From: a virus
Lineage: Duplodnaviria > Caudoviricetes
DNA: 46,991 bases
Reading direction: 5' to 3' (one strand)
Virus record (IMG/VR): IMGVR_UViG_3300002092_000006
Location: 1 to 46,991 of that record
Of this stretch, positions 44,764-46,991 are shown one piece after another (positions within the stretch are counted from its first letter, which is position 1; each line of letters opens with the position of its first letter). The position numbers and the translations under genes were made by a program. Under the pieces are notes generated by a model, which was not told where the DNA came from, searched no databases, and saw nothing but the letters and a program-made list of their open reading frames with translations.

Positions 44764-45450
44764 ATGTCAAACACAAATTGTAAAAATATAGAAAATAGCA
44801 ACTCCTGCAACTACTGCAACTCCTGCTACTACTGCAACTCCTGCGACTCCTGCAACTACTGCAACTACTGCAACTCCTGCGACTCCTGCAACTACTGCGA
44901 CTACTGCAACTCCTGCGACTCCTGCAACTACTGCAACTCCTGCAACTCCTGCAACTACTGCGACTCCTGCAACTACTGCAACTCCTGCAACTACTGCTAC
45001 GGTCTTAGTATGTCAGAAAGAATGATATTCTGTTTAGGAGAAGGGAAATATAATAGAAAAGGTATTGGTTACCAAAAGAATTTAATGATGTTCAACAAGC
45101 CAATTACTGAAGAAGAATACAATACGCAAATTAAATATTTACAAGCTAAAAACTTCAAACTTCCAATCGCAAAATGGATAGATTATAAAGATTTATCTAA
45201 AGACGAACAAACCACTACTGCAAAACAAATAGGAGGGCTACTTAAAACTCTATCTTATCAAGATGCTTGGAAACAAATGTGGTCAGAACTTTCAGCAGAA
45301 GATAGAAATTTTTTCAAAACTTTACTTAACTTTGATAGTGAAATATTCTTCGGCATAACAGGAATTAAGGTAGAAGATGAAGTTTCACTAAAAGGCAAAA
45401 CTGTCAAAGTAGAAATAGATGGTCAAAAATATGAAGCTATTATAATGTAA
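44764..45450 (+). CDS. (xxC)n tripeptide-repeat protein with conserved phage C-terminal domain
   Basis: 22 x [N/D/Y][S/Y]C, then MFNKP...GGLLK...AW..MW...NFD..IF..ITGI. Confidence 0.75.
   Translation: MSNTNCKNIENSNSCNYCNSCYYCNSCDSCNYCNYCNSCDSCNYCDYCNSCDSCNYCNSCNSCNYCDSCNYCNSCNYCYGLSMSERMIFCLGEGKYNRKGIGYQKNLMMFNKPITEEEYNTQIKYLQAKNFKLPIAKWIDYKDLSKDEQTTTAKQIGGLLKTLSYQDAWKQMWSELSAEDRNFFKTLLNFDSEIFFGITGIKVEDEVSLKGKTVKVEIDGQKYEAIIM
44800..44997 (+). repeat. 9-bp tandem repeat, 22 units (DACTMCTGC)
   Basis: Units AACTCCTGC, AACTACTGC, GACTCCTGC, GACTACTGC, TACTACTGC. Confidence 0.95.
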
Positions 45451-45497
45451 CAAGCCATAGCAGTTAGCTTAATAAATAAAAACTGCGGATAGATATT

Positions 45498-45806
45498 ATG
45501 GAAAAGAATAAAAAAGAAGTTATAGAATATATTAAAAATGCTATAAAGAATGGAACTACTCCAGCAGTAATGGCTTGTAATTTATCAGAAATATTTGCTA
45601 AACAATTTAATAAAAGTGTTGAGCCAGCTCTACCTAAAAAATTTAAGAAAGTTTTAAGTAATAGGTGGCAACAACCAATTATGAAAGGATATTTAATGAA
45701 ATGTTGTGATTGTGGGCTTGTACACTCTGTAGATTTTAGAATTGCCTATGGTCACGATATTGAAGATAACCGTGTTCAACTTAAAATGGAAAGAATTAAA
45801 AGTTAA
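45498..45806 (+). CDS. Hypothetical protein with CCDCGLVH Zn motif
   Basis: WQQP..KGY.MKCCDCGLVH..DFRI. Confidence 0.65.
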   Translation: MEKNKKEVIEYIKNAIKNGTTPAVMACNLSEIFAKQFNKSVEPALPKKFKKVLSNRWQQPIMKGYLMKCCDCGLVHSVDFRIAYGHDIEDNRVQLKMERIKS

Positions 45807-45841
45807 CCCCCCACATCCTTAACAATAAATAGAATAAAATA

Positions 45842-46459
45842 ATGAAAATACTTATAGCGTGTGAAGAAAGTCAAACAGTTTGTAAGGCGTTCCGAACCAA
45901 AGGACACGAGGCATATTCTTGCGATATTCTTCCCTGCTCTGGTGGATATCCTGAATGGCATATACAAGGTGATGTGCTAGAACATCTTGATGAAGGATGG
46001 GATATGATGATTGCACACCCACCTTGCACTTTTCTTTCAAATGCTGGAGCTTGTTGGTTGTTCAGGGGAAAAAAATTAAATCAAGAAAGATACAACAAAG
46101 GATTAGAAGCAAAAGAGTTTTTTATGAAATTTATCAATGCTCCAATAGAAAAAATAGTGGTGGAAAATCCAATCCCAAGTAAAATTTATGAGTTACCAAA
46201 ATACTCTCAAATAATACAGCCATTTCAGTTTGGACATAATTATAGTAAAAAAACCTGCCTTTGGATTAAAGGATTACCTAATCTAAAACCGACAAAAATA
46301 ATAACCGAAAATATCATTCAATGGGTAAATGGCGGAAGTAAAAAAGCAGACGGAACGCATAGAAGTACAAATGCAAGAGCTTCAACTTTTAGAGACAGTT
46401 TAACAAAATCAAAAACATTTCAAGGAATAGCAGACGCAATGGCAGAACAATGGGGATAA
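45842..46459 (+). CDS. Short phage DNA cytosine-C5 methyltransferase-like protein
   Basis: MKILIACEES, SCDILP, AHPPC (catalytic PC), VENP, KKTCLW, SKTFQGIADAMAEQWG. Confidence 0.8.
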   Translation: MKILIACEESQTVCKAFRTKGHEAYSCDILPCSGGYPEWHIQGDVLEHLDEGWDMMIAHPPCTFLSNAGACWLFRGKKLNQERYNKGLEAKEFFMKFINAPIEKIVVENPIPSKIYELPKYSQIIQPFQFGHNYSKKTCLWIKGLPNLKPTKIITENIIQWVNGGSKKADGTHRSTNARASTFRDSLTKSKTFQGIADAMAEQWG

Positions 46460-46507
46460 TTATCATTAACAACAAATAACCACCGCTATGAAAGGCGTAG
46501 AAGAACA

Positions 46508-46991
46508 ATGAAAGAAGAAAAAAGTAAATGTTGTGGAAAAGAAAAGGTGGCAAATTACTCTGATGAGGGTACTGGCTGTTATCTATGCCAAGGATGTCTC
46601 GGTGAATTTATCCCCACAGATGAAGTGAAAGAGTCTGTAAATTTTATGCAAGTAGGAAATGGACACTGTTTTATTTGCCATAAAGAAACTGCACCAAATG
46701 ATATACACAAACAGTGTTTTAATAAACCTATTACCTATTGTAGTAACACTTGTGATAAAAAATGGTCAAAGCATAATCCATTAAATAAGTCAGTTACAGA
46801 AGATACGGAGTGGGAGAAGGAGTTTTATAAAAGATTTAATGCTGATTATGCTGAATCGGGTAGAGATGAGACTATGGAAGATGCAATAGACTTTATAAAA
46901 AATTTACTCTCCAAAGCTAGACAAGAAGGTCAGCAAGAAGAAAGACAGTTTATTCTAAATATCCTTGATGGAATAGATGAGGCAGATAGAC
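46508..46991 (+). CDS. 5' part of junction-spanning Cys-rich hypothetical protein
   Basis: MKEEKSKCCG...CYLCQGC...HCFICHK...YCSNTC; frame is open to the window end and continues at position 1. Confidence 0.75.
   Translation, partial: MKEEKSKCCGKEKVANYSDEGTGCYLCQGCLGEFIPTDEVKESVNFMQVGNGHCFICHKETAPNDIHKQCFNKPITYCSNTCDKKWSKHNPLNKSVTEDTEWEKEFYKRFNADYAESGRDETMEDAIDFIKNLLSKARQEGQQEERQFILNILDGIDEADR
46913..46991. repeat. Terminal direct repeat, copy 2
   Basis: Identical to 1-79. Confidence 0.95.

Noticed and set aside
44800-44997. Diversity-generating retroelement or CRISPR array
   Set aside because: The adenine-only variation is suggestive, but I found no reverse transcriptase and no separate template/variable pair. 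The units are contiguous with no spacers.
46913-46991. 79-bp repeat as a biological terminal repeat or att site
   Set aside because: It lies mid-ORF and its length is typical of an assembler k-mer overlap; it shows circularity only.
1-46991. Stop-codon reassignment (code 15 or 25)
   Set aside because: Core genes are full length in code 11, and both TAG and TGA end genes at tight junctions.

Overview
This window is an apparently complete circular dsDNA phage genome of about 46.9 kb. Bases 1-79 are repeated exactly at 46913-46991 and an ORF reads through the join. It is AT-rich and reads in the standard genetic code. The minus-strand arm (~34.7 kb down to ~1 kb) carries, in order: an RNase H-like gene, terminase, a divergent GroEL, HNH, portal, scaffold, major capsid, Thr/Gly-rich fibres, lysis genes, podovirus-like tail and ejection proteins, a replication initiator, GroES and a PurD-like ATP-grasp enzyme. 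The plus-strand arm (~36 kb round to ~1 kb) carries small early genes (ArdC-like, Cas4-like nuclease, RusA, C5 methyltransferase-like, many Zn-finger microproteins). I recognised no integrase, DNA polymerase, reverse transcriptase, tRNA or CRISPR array. Sigma70-type promoters with SD-less, AT-rich leaders suggest a Patescibacteria/CPR-type host (inference). The most unusual signals are: (1) a promoter-driven, highly structured, pseudoknotted RNA region at 34.77-35.35 kb, divergent from the RNase H/terminase operon; (2) an array of promoter-sRNA-terminator units at 14.40-14.84 kb, next to a foreign GC-rich Zn-finger cassette; (3) an ATP-grasp + HExxE enzyme pair followed by three Lys-rich micropeptides; (4) DnaA boxes at a near-fixed distance upstream of the -35 of five promoters. 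Protein calls come from motif recognition and gene order by eye, and RNA pairings were worked out by hand; no searches or folding programs were run.
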